A DNA stretch of 64,000 bases from Rhabdothermincola salaria (GTDB lineage: Bacteria > Actinomycetota > Acidimicrobiia > Acidimicrobiales > Acidimicrobilacustridaceae), in contig NZ_JAJQXW010000001.1 of the NCBI RefSeq assembly GCF_021246445.1, forward strand, positions 620,001 through 684,000. Reading direction: 5' to 3'. The position numbers and the translations under genes are program-made. The stretch's first letter is position 1. Each line of letters begins with the position of its first letter. The notes under the pieces are model-generated. The model ran no database searches. It worked only from the letters and a program-made list of their open reading frames with translations, and had not been told where the DNA came from. Shown piece by piece: positions 61,950-64,000 of the stretch.

Positions 61950-63933
61950 GGTCCCTGGGGCCACCCAGGACGAGGTGACCGCCCCGGTGGTCAGCGCCGA
62001 CCAGCTCGCCGAGCGGCTCGACGCCGCCATCGCCGCCCTGGAGCAGGCCTCCGCCTTCGCCAAGGCGAGCCCCGCGCTGCGCGTGGCCGACGTCGCCCAC
62101 CGGCTCATGAGCCACCCCGAAGGCCCCGAGCTCATCTACCGGCGGATCCAGCGGATGCAGGACGGCGGGGTGTTCGCCGGCACCGACTGGGACCATCCCG
62201 AGACCCTCCAGCCCCGCCTGGCATCCGGCACGCTCGAGCACGGGTCGGCCGAGACCGCCAGCCTCGAGATGTTGAGCGAGCTGCGTCTGCTGGCGGTGGC
62301 CCGCGGTGAGGCCTTCCACCTCGCGGTCTCCTCCGAGAGCGCCACGCACTTCCTGGCCCAGCTGCTGGCCTTCGAGCTCGACCACCTCTTCGGGCCCCGA
62401 TCCGAAGCCGACCGCGCCGCGGGCAGCCACGGCGACGCGGTGCGCAACCACCTGTCGTTCGTCGCCGACGGCATCGGCTACGACCACGTGCTCGACAGCC
62501 TGGTGGCCGAGATCGAGAGGATCCTGGCCCAGCGCCCGATCGCCGTCGACCACGTCAAGGTCATGATCGGCCGCATCGCCGCCAACCTCGACGACCCCGA
62601 CCTGTCGGGCACCGGCTCCACGCTCGGTCTCAACCGGCTGGTGAGCGCCCTGTTCGGTCCCACCGCCAACTGCCGCGAGGACCCGGGGGTCGAGACCTAC
62701 GCAGAACGGCTGACGTCGCTCGACGAGAGCGCGCTGTGGCAAGAGGCCCGCGAGTTCGCGTTGGCCATGCACTCCACGGGCCTGGTGTCGCCCTACCAGG
62801 AAGTCTTCGTCCACCACGTCAACGGCACTCGCGACGACCTCCTCGGCCAGGTGCTGGGGCTGAGCCGCACCGGCATGGAGGCCCTGTCGTGCTACGCCCC
62901 CCTCGTTCGTCGCCTCATCGAGGTGGCCATCACCCCGGGCACCACGCAGACCATCTACTCGCTGGCCCAGATGATCGAACGGGCCGTGCTGTTCGACCCC
63001 GCAGTCGCCCCGTCGTTGTGGGCCATGATCGGCCTGGTCCCGTCCCCGAGCGCCGAGCTGGCCCTCGCCGGGATCACCGGGGAAGAGACGGCGTCGACGG
63101 TCCTGCTGGCCGGCGTGATCGACGTGCTCGGCCAACCCCTCGGCATCGGGCAGGGCAACAACCCGACGTGCCAGGCGGCGCGGGCCATCTCCATGTGGTC
63201 GCTGGCCGCGCCCAGCTACGTGCTGCGCCTCGTGACCCGTGCGGCACGCGACGACGAGATCCGCCTGTTCTTCGAGGGCGATGCCATCTCCTCGGCCGAG
63301 GTCCCCGCGGGCACCTTCACCGCTCCGCTGGTGGACGTCGACCCGGTCTCCATGGTGCTGGTGCCCCATCTCGACCGGATCTACATCGAGATGGGCCGAC
63401 GGTGCGCGTCCCGCAGCGGCGATCCGCACGCCTGGATCAACCGCGAGATGCACGGCTGGTGGGTGGGACGGGAGACCGCACTGGCCGTCGACCTGGCCAG
63501 TGGCCATCTCGACGACTACCCGAGCTTCGTGCGCCGCTTCTACGCCCTGTACCACCCGCTGCACAACCGCGATCGGCCTGTGATCCACCCTCAGCCCGCC
63601 GGCATCGCCGTCACCGACGGCCTCGGTCGGTTCATCGGGTGGCATGCCATCTCCATCCTGCGCGTGGGCATGGATCCCTCCGAGGAGATGCGGGTGTACT
63701 TCTTCAACCCCAACAACGACGGCGGTCAGGACTGGGGTCAGGGCGTGGTGGTCTCCACCGAGGGCTGCGGCGAGCGGTTCGGCGAGTCCTCTCTGCCCAT
63801 CGCCGCGTTCACCTCGAGGCTGTACCTGTACCACTACGACCCCCCGGACGTGGGGGAGGTGGCTGCCGTCCCGGCCGAGGTCGCCGACGAGGTCGAGGCT
63901 CTCGCCCGGGCCAGCTGGGCCGCGGACCGCTGA
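61942..63933 (+). CDS. Hypothetical protein with a papain-like Cys-His-Asn motif set
   Basis: GQGNNPTCQ, GWHAI and YFFNPNN motifs; 8-bp overlap with the ATP-grasp gene. Confidence 0.75.
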   Translation: MSEVPGATQDEVTAPVVSADQLAERLDAAIAALEQASAFAKASPALRVADVAHRLMSHPEGPELIYRRIQRMQDGGVFAGTDWDHPETLQPRLASGTLEHGSAETASLEMLSELRLLAVARGEAFHLAVSSESATHFLAQLLAFELDHLFGPRSEADRAAGSHGDAVRNHLSFVADGIGYDHVLDSLVAEIERILAQRPIAVDHVKVMIGRIAANLDDPDLSGTGSTLGLNRLVSALFGPTANCREDPGVETYAERLTSLDESALWQEAREFALAMHSTGLVSPYQEVFVHHVNGTRDDLLGQVLGLSRTGMEALSCYAPLVRRLIEVAITPGTTQTIYSLAQMIERAVLFDPAVAPSLWAMIGLVPSPSAELALAGITGEETASTVLLAGVIDVLGQPLGIGQGNNPTCQAARAISMWSLAAPSYVLRLVTRAARDDEIRLFFEGDAISSAEVPAGTFTAPLVDVDPVSMVLVPHLDRIYIEMGRRCASRSGDPHAWINREMHGWWVGRETALAVDLASGHLDDYPSFVRRFYALYHPLHNRDRPVIHPQPAGIAVTDGLGRFIGWHAISILRVGMDPSEEMRVYFFNPNNDGGQDWGQGVVVSTEGCGERFGESSLPIAAFTSRLYLYHYDPPDVGEVAAVPAEVADEVEALARASWAADR

Positions 63934-64000
63934 CGGTGCGCCCCCGGCCTGACGGTTCGACCGCTCCGATGCTGGCGCCGGTGACGGACAGCCGGGCCGG

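Overview
Very GC-rich actinobacterial chromosomal segment; Acidimicrobiia-like gene content is my inference. It contains a vapBC pair, a ydbST-like PH-domain pair, a stand-alone A-T-TE NRPS-like gene, a DUF222/HNH element, c-di-GMP phosphodiesterases (HD-GYP, PAS-EAL, two EAL remnants), glycosyltransferases, transporters, a TPP-riboswitch thiN-thiBPQ operon, pepF, a carotenoid oxygenase and tRNA-Leu(GAG). The tRNA is followed by a visibly lower-GC island: SufR-like regulator, ferredoxin, A-type carrier, sufBCD-sufT without sufS/U/E, and a DUF418 pseudogene. An HTH + nucleotidyltransferase TA pair follows, and the window ends with an ATP-grasp + papain-fold gene pair. Most notable: (1) two unrelated secreted proteins 44 kb apart both end in VTPRFTG-stop with no membrane anchor, a candidate new C-terminal sorting signal; (2) the ATP-grasp/cysteine-peptidase-like operon; (3) a three-way-junction RNA with an alternative pairing upstream of the PAS-EAL gene; (4) two tandem small basic paralogs sharing a GWxYE...TGWRPTR motif; (5) a 48-bp REP-like palindrome family; (6) pervasive in-frame low-complexity insertions in backbone proteins. 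All calls come from reading motifs by eye; no database searches were run, and start codons are best estimates.
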